Shown: piece by piece, positions 9,004 through 17,317 of the stretch
Numbering within the stretch: position 1 is the first letter of the stretch
Layout: every line of letters begins with the position of its first letter
Virus record (IMG/VR): IMGVR_UViG_3300034378_000186
Span: 1 to 64,000 of that record
Source: a virus
DNA length: 64,000 bases
Strand: one strand, 5' to 3'
The notes under the pieces: model-generated
What the model saw: the letters and a program-made list of their open reading frames with translations, nothing else
Databases searched by the model: none
What the model was told of the DNA's origin: nothing
Position numbers and translations under genes: made by a program

Positions 9004-9322
9004 ACGGAGCTATGTTAGAATATAAAGCAAAGTGGAACGGAGTTAATATTCTAAAGATCGGAAGGTTTGAACCCAGCTCGAAGCAATGTTCAAACTGTGG
9101 ATACCTCAATAAAAAATTAACACTAAAAGACCGTAAATGGACTTGTCCTGAATGCGGTTTTGTTCTTAATCGTGATGTTAATGCTTCCATAAATATTAAA
9201 AACTTTGCTTTAAACAACCATTTGTGTACGGAACATACACTTAAAAATCATGGTACGTTGTCTTCGTTGGAAGGAGCTTTGACCCATGAAGCCCACCGAT
9301 CTTTAGTCGGTGGGTAGTTCAC
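9002..9322 (+). mobile_element. tnpB: internally deleted IS200/IS605 element: LE stub, tnpB 3' fragment, omegaRNA, RE
   Basis: TTAT|GAACGGAGC joined to MLEYKA..PSSKQC..NRDVNAS; ends GGGTAGTTCAC. Confidence 0.85.
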
Positions 9323-9345
9323 GATATCAATGGTAAATTGGAATA

Positions 9346-9585
9346 ATGAAAGCGATTAAATTATTTTTTCAACTTTTAGTGATTGGAGTAATTACTACAT
9401 TATTCTTATCCTTTTTTGTGATTCACGGAGATGGTCCAAGAATCAAAATAGAAGTTAAAAGAGATACGTTGATTTTAGTTCCAATTGAAGCATTGATCTT
9501 AGGAGATCATTTAATGTTAACTTATGATGAAATTAATTGGCAGGAATTTGATACAATTTTAATAAAGAACGCATCGAAGGATTAA
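9346..9585 (+). CDS. small membrane protein
   Basis: N-terminal hydrophobic helix. Confidence 0.6.
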   Translation: MKAIKLFFQLLVIGVITTLFLSFFVIHGDGPRIKIEVKRDTLILVPIEALILGDHLMLTYDEINWQEFDTILIKNASKD

Positions 9586-9674
9586 AAATATAGGTAAATA
9601 TTTTTGTATGTAAAAAGGAATTGGTATATTTATGGATTATTATTCTATTTTCGGTATTATCAAATAGATTCCAA

Positions 9675-10382
9675 ATGAGACAAATTATTGAAACTAAAGA
9701 AATCGCAAGAGAAGATTTCGATAGAATGGTCAAATCTGAAGGCCTTGAAACTTTTAATCATCAACAATTTTCTTTATTTACCAGTCAGATAAACAACCTC
9801 ATCCAAAAATCTGAAAACTACGAACAATTATCTGAAGATGAAAAGTCAGAGTTTGAAAAAGCTCAGGAAGAAATTTTATCTTTAAATAAGCATGTGGTAT
9901 TAGATTGGGTAGGAGGAAAGATTGTTAAATCTGCAATGTATACCAGACCAGAACAAGTTGATTGGGAAAGGGATGAAAAGAATGTGGCAGAATTAAAGGA
10001 AGCCAGATCAAAGATTTCTAAAGCTGAAGAATTGGGGTTTAAGATAAATGAGAATAATGAAATTCTTGGTAGTCCTAAACAAATGGCTGATAAACTAAAT
10101 AATAACTTTAATAAAGGTTACATTGATGATAATATGATGGAGACTGCTTTTAGGGAATTGGATGGATTGATAAGTAAGGCAGGAGGACATAAGTACATTA
10201 GAAGGGAAGGAACACCCGGTAATTATCGTTATATTTATACTCTGGAAGACGCAAAAAAATCCCCTTCTACTTCAACCACTAATGATACTAAAGAAAAAAA
10301 ATCTGGAGAGAAACCTAAAGTTAATTTATCTTCTATTTCTTCTCATAAAGAAGGTGGTAGTGATAAAGAATATGGTGAATAA
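9675..10382 (+). CDS. putative internal head protein with KAGGHKYIRREG module
   Basis: Shares ~50 aa with 12647..13636; upstream of portal. Confidence 0.6.
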   Translation: MRQIIETKEIAREDFDRMVKSEGLETFNHQQFSLFTSQINNLIQKSENYEQLSEDEKSEFEKAQEEILSLNKHVVLDWVGGKIVKSAMYTRPEQVDWERDEKNVAELKEARSKISKAEELGFKINENNEILGSPKQMADKLNNNFNKGYIDDNMMETAFRELDGLISKAGGHKYIRREGTPGNYRYIYTLEDAKKSPSTSTTNDTKEKKSGEKPKVNLSSISSHKEGGSDKEYGE

Positions 10383-10428
10383 TAAAAATAATAATTATTA
10401 ACATACGAAATATAAATCTTTCAATAAT

Positions 10429-10932
10429 ATGAAAACAATCGTTTTAAGAAACACAGACAGTTCAGTAAGGGTAGAATACCTGACTGACTTAATTGGAAAG
10501 AATCAGGAATTAACTGTATATACTCAAAATGGAACTCCTAATGGATTATCTGAAACAGAAATAGCTTTAGGTTTAGATTTGGGTGTTGATGAGTATAATG
10601 TTAAGGATGTGGAAGCCTTATCTGAAGAAAAAGAATTGTTTATGGAGATTTATGAAAATGGACAAGATTCATTCTTATTTACTCCTCAAACTTTACCGGA
10701 TGGAAGTAACGGTGTAGGTTATGATAAAACAATCACTCCTTCAGGTGGTGTTGGTGATAAAGTGATGGAAGAACTTACTGGAACTGATTTAGTAGCAGGA
10801 TTATCATTTAATAATGCAACAGGTCAAGTATCTGGAACTCCATCAGCAACAGGAACATGTAAATTGATTGTTAAAGCTACAGATGAAAATGGAGTTTCAA
10901 TAATTTGCGCTTATAAATTTGAAATTGCTTAA
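10429..10932 (+). CDS. Ig-like domain virion protein
   Basis: LPDG..GVGY..SGG..GLSFNNATGQVSGTP..VKATD (He_PIG-like). Confidence 0.7.
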   Translation: MKTIVLRNTDSSVRVEYLTDLIGKNQELTVYTQNGTPNGLSETEIALGLDLGVDEYNVKDVEALSEEKELFMEIYENGQDSFLFTPQTLPDGSNGVGYDKTITPSGGVGDKVMEELTGTDLVAGLSFNNATGQVSGTPSATGTCKLIVKATDENGVSIICAYKFEIA

Positions 10933-10949
10933 ATTCTTTCCTTTTAAAT

Positions 10950-12644
10950 ATGCCTGATAATACCAAACCGGAAAAAAAAGAAAGGACTTTTCAAGAGATT
11001 GATGGAGAAATCGATCGATTGAAGACTGAAAAGTCTCTTCTTTTTAATGATTTTGTTAGTTCAAATGATATTGATAAAATCATCAAAGCTGAAAAGTATG
11101 TAAAAGATAAAACTGGTGTAGGAGGTGGAAACAAAACTCCTGGATTAATTAAGGGTTATCTATTTTCTCCGGAAAGGGAATTCTACACAGGCCTTGGTTA
11201 TAAATCCTCTCTAAAATCAATTACATATGATCTGCTCAGGAAAATGGGTCATGTACCTATTATCCATTCTGTAATATCAACCAGGATTGAACAGATTGAG
11301 AATTTCATGAATTTTAGTAATGATTTTGAAAGGGAAGGATGGACCATAAGGAAAAAGCTTTCAAGGTTTGATAGTTATAAAAAGGATTATAATCTCACAG
11401 ATGTTGATAAAAAGATAATCGAAAAGATTGCTAAATTTTTAGAGGATGGGGGGACTTATAATAAATGGGAGATGACTGATGATTTGGATATATTTATAAA
11501 GAAACTTGTTAAGGATTCTTTAGAATTAGATCAGGCATGTTTTGAAATTGAAAGAAATAGAAGAGGGGATTTACTTGGATTTACTTGTATGGATGGGGGG
11601 ACAATGAGATTATTAGAATCCATAGATGATAAATCAGTTGAAAGGTTAAAGTTTGATAAACAAAACGGATTCCCTCCTATTTATGCACAGGTTCATAACC
11701 AACAGATTTTAAAGAACCATATTACAAAAGAACCAGTAGTTTATTATCCTTGGGAATTATGTTTCATGACCAGAAATAAATCTACCTATATAAGAAGGAA
11801 TGGTTATGGAAAATCTGAATTGGAGATTTTAATGGAGATTATTACTTGGTTGTTATGGGGAATGCAATATAATGGTAATTTCTTTAAACAGGGAAGTAAT
11901 CCAAAGGGATTCTTTACAATTGATGGTGGAGTAGATCAGGATATGTTAAATGAATTTAGATCTGCCTGGAGACAGACAGTTTCAGGTGTTATGAATTCAC
12001 ATAAAATTCCAGTATTTGAAGGAGATAAGATTAATTGGGTAGATATGCAGCATTCTAATAAGGATATGGAATTTCAATTATGGAATGAATTTCTTACTTT
12101 GATTACTTGTTCAGTATTCAAAATAGATCCTTCAGAACTTGGATATAATTTCCGTCAGCAATCTCAATTATTTGGTCAACAAGGACAAAAGGAAAGATTA
12201 GAGCATTCCAAGAACAAAGGATTAAAACCAATTCTTAAATCAGTCCAAAAAGAGGTTAACAAATATATTGTTTCAGAAATGAATGATAGGTTTGAATTTA
12301 TTTGGACTGGTGTAAGCCTGGAAGATGAATCTGAGATGCTTGAAAACGATGTTAAGAAAGCTAATGCAGGTTTTGTTTCTCAGGAAGATATGTTTGAGAA
12401 ATATTCTCACAGAGAATTTGATTCTGAAAAAGATACAATTCTTAATACTGTATATCAACAAGCTCAACAAGCAAAAATGTTTGGAGGAGCAGAAAGTAAT
12501 GAGGCAGTAGATCAGATGACAGGAGAAGAAGGTGATTGGAATCCATTTGATGAATATGAGAAAGCAATGAAAGATAATCCAATTGCTGCTGCCTCCATAG
12601 ATTACATAAATAAATCAATGTTCGATCATTCTAATTCTAAATAA
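10950..12644 (+). CDS. portal protein
   Basis: ISTRIEQ, DSLELDQ, GYGKSELE, FFKQGSNPKG, KDMEF, IDPSELG, SKNKGLKP. Confidence 0.92.
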   Translation: MPDNTKPEKKERTFQEIDGEIDRLKTEKSLLFNDFVSSNDIDKIIKAEKYVKDKTGVGGGNKTPGLIKGYLFSPEREFYTGLGYKSSLKSITYDLLRKMGHVPIIHSVISTRIEQIENFMNFSNDFEREGWTIRKKLSRFDSYKKDYNLTDVDKKIIEKIAKFLEDGGTYNKWEMTDDLDIFIKKLVKDSLELDQACFEIERNRRGDLLGFTCMDGGTMRLLESIDDKSVERLKFDKQNGFPPIYAQVHNQQILKNHITKEPVVYYPWELCFMTRNKSTYIRRNGYGKSELEILMEIITWLLWGMQYNGNFFKQGSNPKGFFTIDGGVDQDMLNEFRSAWRQTVSGVMNSHKIPVFEGDKINWVDMQHSNKDMEFQLWNEFLTLITCSVFKIDPSELGYNFRQQSQLFGQQGQKERLEHSKNKGLKPILKSVQKEVNKYIVSEMNDRFEFIWTGVSLEDESEMLENDVKKANAGFVSQEDMFEKYSHREFDSEKDTILNTVYQQAQQAKMFGGAESNEAVDQMTGEEGDWNPFDEYEKAMKDNPIAAASIDYINKSMFDHSNSK

Positions 12645-13690
12645 AAATGGAAAATTCATTTGTTCAAGAGGTAATTGATAGAAATAATAAAATTGAGAAA
12701 GCTTGGAATGGTAAAGAATCACTTTCTAAAAAAGATCAATATGCCATTGCATATATGACCAATAAAGTGAATGAAAATTTTGAAAAGGGATTAATTGATG
12801 AAGGTATAGTAGAAAAGGCCTTTGAACAATTGGATGATATAATTGAGAAAGCTGGTGGTCATAAATATATCCGCAGAGAAGGAACTCCAGGGAAATATAA
12901 ATATGTGTATGCAGAACCTCATGGAAAATCTGGAGGGTACACTGAAGAATCAGAATTTAAAGAAGGTGATTTTGTTAAATATGGTGACAATGAAATGAAG
13001 GTTACTGAAGTTCAAAATAAAAAAGATGGGATTTATTTAGGGCTTGATCATAGTAAACATTTAATTAATTCAAAATATGTTGAGAAAATACCAAAATCTA
13101 AAGGTTATAAAGATGTTTCTCAATATTTTGATGAGCATATTAATAATCCGCAATCAAAATATTTTAGTAACATTGGGTTAAAAACTGAGGATGTATTTGA
13201 TATGATTGAATATCATGATGCGTATAGGGATTTATATCCAAACTATTCTGATGAAAACGAATATGAAGAAGATTATTATTTTCCAACAATACAAGATGCT
13301 TACAATGATGTTAATGAAACATTAGAGTTTTTTAATACATTACCAAATCCAATACCAATTTATCGCTCAATAAAAATTAAATCAATGGATGATATTAATT
13401 TTGATTATTTAGGTGATTCTTGGTCATTTGATAAACAATCTGCTATTAATTTCGCTAAAAACCAAGCAGGTGGTAATGTATTATTAATTGGTAAAACCAA
13501 ATTTGATAATGTGGATTGGAATAACACAGTAAAATTATGGTATCTATTTTCAAGAATTTATGATGGTTATGATGAAAATGAGATTAACATCATTGATTCT
13601 GATGAAATATTTGATATTAAAACGGAAAGAATATAAATTTGTGTGGTTGGAAAAATAAATCAATGTTCGATCATTCTAATTCTAAATAAA
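12608..13690. repeat. 38-bp perfect direct repeat (12608-12645 and 13653-13690)
   Basis: AAATAAATCAATGTTCGATCATTCTAATTCTAAATAAA twice; duplicates portal 3' end. Confidence 0.95.
12647..13636 (+). CDS. putative head-packaged protein with C-terminal ADP-ribosyltransferase-like domain
   Basis: KAGGHKYIRREG module; IYR...SWS...ENEI pattern (R-S-E ART). Confidence 0.55.
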   Translation: MENSFVQEVIDRNNKIEKAWNGKESLSKKDQYAIAYMTNKVNENFEKGLIDEGIVEKAFEQLDDIIEKAGGHKYIRREGTPGKYKYVYAEPHGKSGGYTEESEFKEGDFVKYGDNEMKVTEVQNKKDGIYLGLDHSKHLINSKYVEKIPKSKGYKDVSQYFDEHINNPQSKYFSNIGLKTEDVFDMIEYHDAYRDLYPNYSDENEYEEDYYFPTIQDAYNDVNETLEFFNTLPNPIPIYRSIKIKSMDDINFDYLGDSWSFDKQSAINFAKNQAGGNVLLIGKTKFDNVDWNNTVKLWYLFSRIYDGYDENEINIIDSDEIFDIKTERI

Positions 13691-13698
13691 TTGGTAAT

Positions 13699-13908
13699 GT
13701 GGGAACAGCAAATCAAATAAAGGCAGTTCAACATGTGATTAAAAATAGTAAACCTGATGCTAAAGATATTGCAAATAATTTGAATGAATCTGGACTTGGT
13801 TATAGAGATTGGAAAGGAGAAGAAACAAAAGATGGTTTTGTATTAAAAACAAAAGATCCTTGGGGTAATGCTAAATCTATAATCATAAGGAAAAAGGATG
13901 TAGAATAA
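13699..13908 (+). pseudogene. possible orphan 3' remnant of a displaced gene
   Basis: Coding-like frame starting just after the direct repeat, only a GTG start. Confidence 0.4.
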
Positions 13909-13919
13909 AAAATAACTTC

Positions 13920-14546
13920 ATGAAAAAATTATTAACATTCGGTTTATTTTTAGTCTTCCTGTCAGGATGTATGACTAAAAAGAATTTACCTGAGCATATG
14001 GTGAAGTACAGGGAACAGGCAGCAGAAACTTGTATGCAGATGTTCTCTCCTAATGATTCATCATCTACCATTATTAAGACTATAATTGAATACAGAGATA
14101 CCTCATCAAAGGTAGCTTTAAATGATTCAATGGATATTGATAGTGCAGAAGTTTTACCAGGAAATATGACTGAATTAACTAATCAATTAGGATTTAATCC
14201 ATGTGATAGTTGTTTCAGTGATACTATTAATGTAGAAACTGATGTTGCTAAAAGTAGTAGTTGGGTAGAGAGTGGAAAGGTATATAATAAGATTGAAAAT
14301 AAGGATAGTGTAGAAATCAAATATAAAGCCCTGGTAATTAAACATGAAAAGTTAGAAAAAACATACAGGGAATTTGAAAGGGATTGTATTGCTAAAGAGG
14401 AGAAGATTAAAAGGATTGAAAGAGAAAATATTGAATTAGATCTAAAAAATAAATCAAAACGTAAAACCATTTTTTGGTTAATTGGTGTAATTGCTGCTTT
14501 GGCAGGGTTAAATTATTTGCAATGGAAGTTAAAGCTCCAAAAGTAA
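13920..14546 (+). CDS. lipoprotein with C-terminal TM helix (unimolecular spanin-like)
   Basis: Lipobox LSGC; coiled coil; TIFWLIGVIAALAGL. Confidence 0.55.
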   Translation: MKKLLTFGLFLVFLSGCMTKKNLPEHMVKYREQAAETCMQMFSPNDSSSTIIKTIIEYRDTSSKVALNDSMDIDSAEVLPGNMTELTNQLGFNPCDSCFSDTINVETDVAKSSSWVESGKVYNKIENKDSVEIKYKALVIKHEKLEKTYREFERDCIAKEEKIKRIERENIELDLKNKSKRKTIFWLIGVIAALAGLNYLQWKLKLQK

Positions 14547-14722
14547 AAACGGTATTACAACCGAAGAACAAAGGCGGAGGTCAAAAGAATTATAAAGATC
14601 CTCCAAGATATCCAAATGTGATAAATGGATATGAGAACCAAGCAAAAAGAAATTATGCAAATACATTACAGAAAACCATTAACGATCTAACTAAAGAAAT
14701 GGTAAAGATGAAAAAGAATTAA
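14522..14722 (+). CDS. small basic hypothetical protein
   Basis: ATG at 14522 in listed ORF. Confidence 0.55.
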   Translation: MEVKAPKVKTVLQPKNKGGGQKNYKDPPRYPNVINGYENQAKRNYANTLQKTINDLTKEMVKMKKN

Positions 14723-14801
14723 AGAAGCTTCAGAGAAGCAATTTTTTCATGGTTTTTAGGGTTAATAATTAGATGTGATTTGTAAAGTTGGAATGTGAGG
14801 T

Positions 14802-14836
14802 GATAGGGTGATTCTGGTAAATCACCCTATCCTTTT
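14802..14836 (+). terminator. intrinsic terminator
   Basis: GATAGGGTGATT-CTGGTA-AATCACCCTATC then CTTTTT. Confidence 0.8.
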
Positions 14837-14851
14837 TAAAAAAGAAAATTT

Positions 14852-15763
14852 ATGATATTTACACCAAATCAGACACAAGATTTTTTAAAAATAATAGAAG
14901 CAAACCATATATTTTATGGGGCGATGAATATTGGGGATGATGTTTTGACAAGTATGGATAAGGATTTGTTAAGAGGATATGGTATAGATATTGATAAAGT
15001 TAAAACTGATTATTCACCATTTGAACAATCATTTTATTGGGGTAGATTATCTGGTGCCCTTTCTGATCTGCAAGCAAAGAAGGTAACATATTCAAATTTT
15101 CAGAATTACTTGAAATCTGGTCAATATATTCCATTGAATCAAAGGGAAAAGGATATGTTGGATGTGGCCAAAAATAAAACTTATATGAAAATTAAGGATC
15201 TGGGAAAGAATGTTGCTTCAGATTCAAACAATATTATTTTAGCAGAAGCCAGAAGAAAAGTGATAGCTGATAGTTTGGAACAGGGTATAAAAACCGGAGA
15301 CTCCCTAAAATCAATTGTGAGTGAAATTGGTCATAAAACTGGAGATTGGCAAAGGAATTTAGGAAGGATAGTAGATACAGAATATAACAATATATTTCAG
15401 GAGGGAAGGGCTCAACAACTTATTAGAGATTTTGGAGTAGAAGTAGAAGTTTATAAACAGGTTTATGATGGAGCATGTAGGCACTGTATTAGGTTGTATT
15501 TAACCTCAGGAGTAGGAAGTCAACCTATTATATTTAAATTGGAGGATCTGATTGCTAATGGAACTAATTATGGATTAAAAGTAGTAGATTGGAAAGCAGT
15601 AGTAGGAAGTACTCACCCTCATTGCAGGTGTAACTTGTATAGAAAACACCCTGATAAGGTTTGGGATGATAAAAAGAAAGAATTTGTGTTCCCTGAAGAA
15701 CATGAACCAATGGAAAGGAAAAAGAACAGATTAATGATTGGAGATCAGGAATTTTGGGTGTAA
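14852..15763 (+). CDS. head morphogenesis protein (SPP1 gp7/MuF-like)
   Basis: RIVDTE, ACRHC, HPHCRC. Confidence 0.8.
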   Translation: MIFTPNQTQDFLKIIEANHIFYGAMNIGDDVLTSMDKDLLRGYGIDIDKVKTDYSPFEQSFYWGRLSGALSDLQAKKVTYSNFQNYLKSGQYIPLNQREKDMLDVAKNKTYMKIKDLGKNVASDSNNIILAEARRKVIADSLEQGIKTGDSLKSIVSEIGHKTGDWQRNLGRIVDTEYNNIFQEGRAQQLIRDFGVEVEVYKQVYDGACRHCIRLYLTSGVGSQPIIFKLEDLIANGTNYGLKVVDWKAVVGSTHPHCRCNLYRKHPDKVWDDKKKEFVFPEEHEPMERKKNRLMIGDQEFWV

Positions 15764-15808
15764 ATTGGTTAAAATGCGAAAAAAAACACATTTTTTTTGA
15801 TTTTTTTT

Positions 15809-15861
15809 ACATATAATTTTTATATATAAGATATTTTCATTATATTTATAGTGGATATTAA
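15809..15861 (+). promoter_or_regulatory. conserved promoter: palindrome plus TATATTTA box
   Basis: ACATATAATTTTTATATATAA identical to 5915; TGGATATTAAT also shared. Confidence 0.75.
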
Positions 15862-15876
15862 TTAAAACACAAACCA

Positions 15877-16035
15877 ATGGAATCAATCATTATTTACCAG
15901 GCAAAACACTTCTTCAGGGGCACACACCTGACAAAGAAGGAATTCATCAAGGTCTTCAGGAAGGTATTTGGTAAAACTATCCTTAGAAAGGATGAGATAA
16001 TCAGTAAAGTTTATCAACCAATAATGGCTATATAA
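15877..16035 (+). CDS. small hypothetical protein (52 aa)
   Basis: ORF directly after promoter. Confidence 0.6.
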   Translation: MESIIIYQAKHFFRGTHLTKKEFIKVFRKVFGKTILRKDEIISKVYQPIMAI

Positions 16036-16037
16036 TC

Positions 16038-16370
16038 ATGGGAAAGATAACTAAACAAAAACAGAAGGAATTTCTTAGGACTAAGCTTGGTTCAAATCCA
16101 AAATGGGCTCTGAGGGGTTTAATGGTAATTTATAATTACCAGACTGAAGATGAGAAAGTATCTGAAACCATTCGTGAATATAATAATGTAGGTTTTACAG
16201 GGGTGGATAGAAATATTCTCACCAGTTTTGCAAACCAATATATGCGCAGGAGATTTCTGTCTGAGAAACAAATGGAACTTCTGTTTAAAAAAATGCCAAA
16301 ATACTGGAAGCAACTTTTGGCTGTATCAGATGAAAATATTCTTAATTCTCAAATCTTAAATACACAGTGA
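16038..16370 (+). CDS. hypothetical phage protein
   Basis: IYNYQTEDE..NNVGF..LSEKQ..KYWKQL. Confidence 0.75.
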   Translation: MGKITKQKQKEFLRTKLGSNPKWALRGLMVIYNYQTEDEKVSETIREYNNVGFTGVDRNILTSFANQYMRRRFLSEKQMELLFKKMPKYWKQLLAVSDENILNSQILNTQ

Positions 16371-16415
16371 ACTACCCACCCACATTCTGATGGGTGGGTT
16401 TTTACGCTCTATTTT
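16367..16415 (-). mobile_element. 49-bp minimal IS200/IS605 derivative (PATE-like)
   Basis: minus strand TTTAT|AAAATAGAGCGTAAAAACCCACCCATCAGAATGTGGGTGGGTAGTTCAC. Confidence 0.85.
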
Positions 16416-16562
16416 ATAAAACTACTACTCTGAGGGAAGGAAGATTCGTTGGAATGCTTTACAAACCCCATGTTTTTAATTAATATCCATTTTATGTGTT
16501 TTAGGCTTGGTCAATTTGATCGGGGTTTTTTTTTATATGTGGATAATTTTTATTACTTTTAT

Positions 16563-16775
16563 AAATTGAGTGTAAAACCAAATTATTTTTAGTGGTTTGG
16601 ATGTAAGCGACAAAAGTAGTATATTTGTATTGTCAGTATAAGACATTAAAACCTCGTAAGGGACTTGCGAGTATACGTATGGAGCGACAGTAAGACTTCT
16701 AACTCTTTGGAGCAGTAAGCAAGTTGCTGTGAAGTACGAAGCACATTCATCACGAAGTGTGGATGTGTAGTTCAC
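16563..16775 (+). mobile_element. 213-bp protein-free IS200/IS605 derivative: LE, promoter, omegaRNA, RE
   Basis: TTTAT|AAATTGAGTGTAAAACC..GGATGTAAGCGAC; TATATTTG 16620; ends TAGTTCAC. Confidence 0.85.
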
Positions 16776-16795
16776 AAAATATATATATTTGGTAA
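16653..16795 (+). ncRNA. stand-alone omegaRNA
   Basis: CTCGTAAG-GGA-CTTGCGAG hairpin; CGTAT/GTACG; AGCGAC/GTTGCT; TAAGAC and GCTGTGAA shared with 2842-2955. Confidence 0.75.
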
Positions 16796-16815
16796 TTAAT
16801 GGAATTTTTTCGCGA

Positions 16816-17313
16816 ATGAATTTTCAGGATGAAATCAGACAAAAAAATCTTGAAAGGGTTAATAGTATTTATTATCAGTTTATAGAAGATGATCTGAAAA
16901 AATCCTTGTCTACTTCTACTACTTTTGGAGAATCAAAAGATATTTTAGGGAAGGATATAATCAAATCTTTAAATTCTGAATTGGAAAATAAAGAAATTGA
17001 TTTGAATGTGGAAAAAAATAAGATCCAGAAATCCATAAATGGAATTGGAATTCTCCCTAATTGTTACCCTGAAAATTATATATCTGAAAACTGGAAGGGT
17101 CAAATTGATGTTCCCTTTAATATGTATTCATATAGTCAAATTTATTCAGAGGGGAATGATAAGGCCAATATGATGAAATCTTTTAATGATTCTTTGAAGA
17201 GTTTTATATCTGATACTATTAACAATAAAAAATTGGAGATTGTAATTAGTCATATCCCGGAGGATAAGAATTATAATTTACCAATGGGATTAGTTAAAAA
17301 ATTAAATCTGTAA
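16816..17313 (+). CDS. putative head-associated protein
   Basis: In head module; LKKS, IIKS, IQKS motifs. Confidence 0.55.
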   Translation: MNFQDEIRQKNLERVNSIYYQFIEDDLKKSLSTSTTFGESKDILGKDIIKSLNSELENKEIDLNVEKNKIQKSINGIGILPNCYPENYISENWKGQIDVPFNMYSYSQIYSEGNDKANMMKSFNDSLKSFISDTINNKKLEIVISHIPEDKNYNLPMGLVKKLNL

Positions 17314-17317
17314 TACC

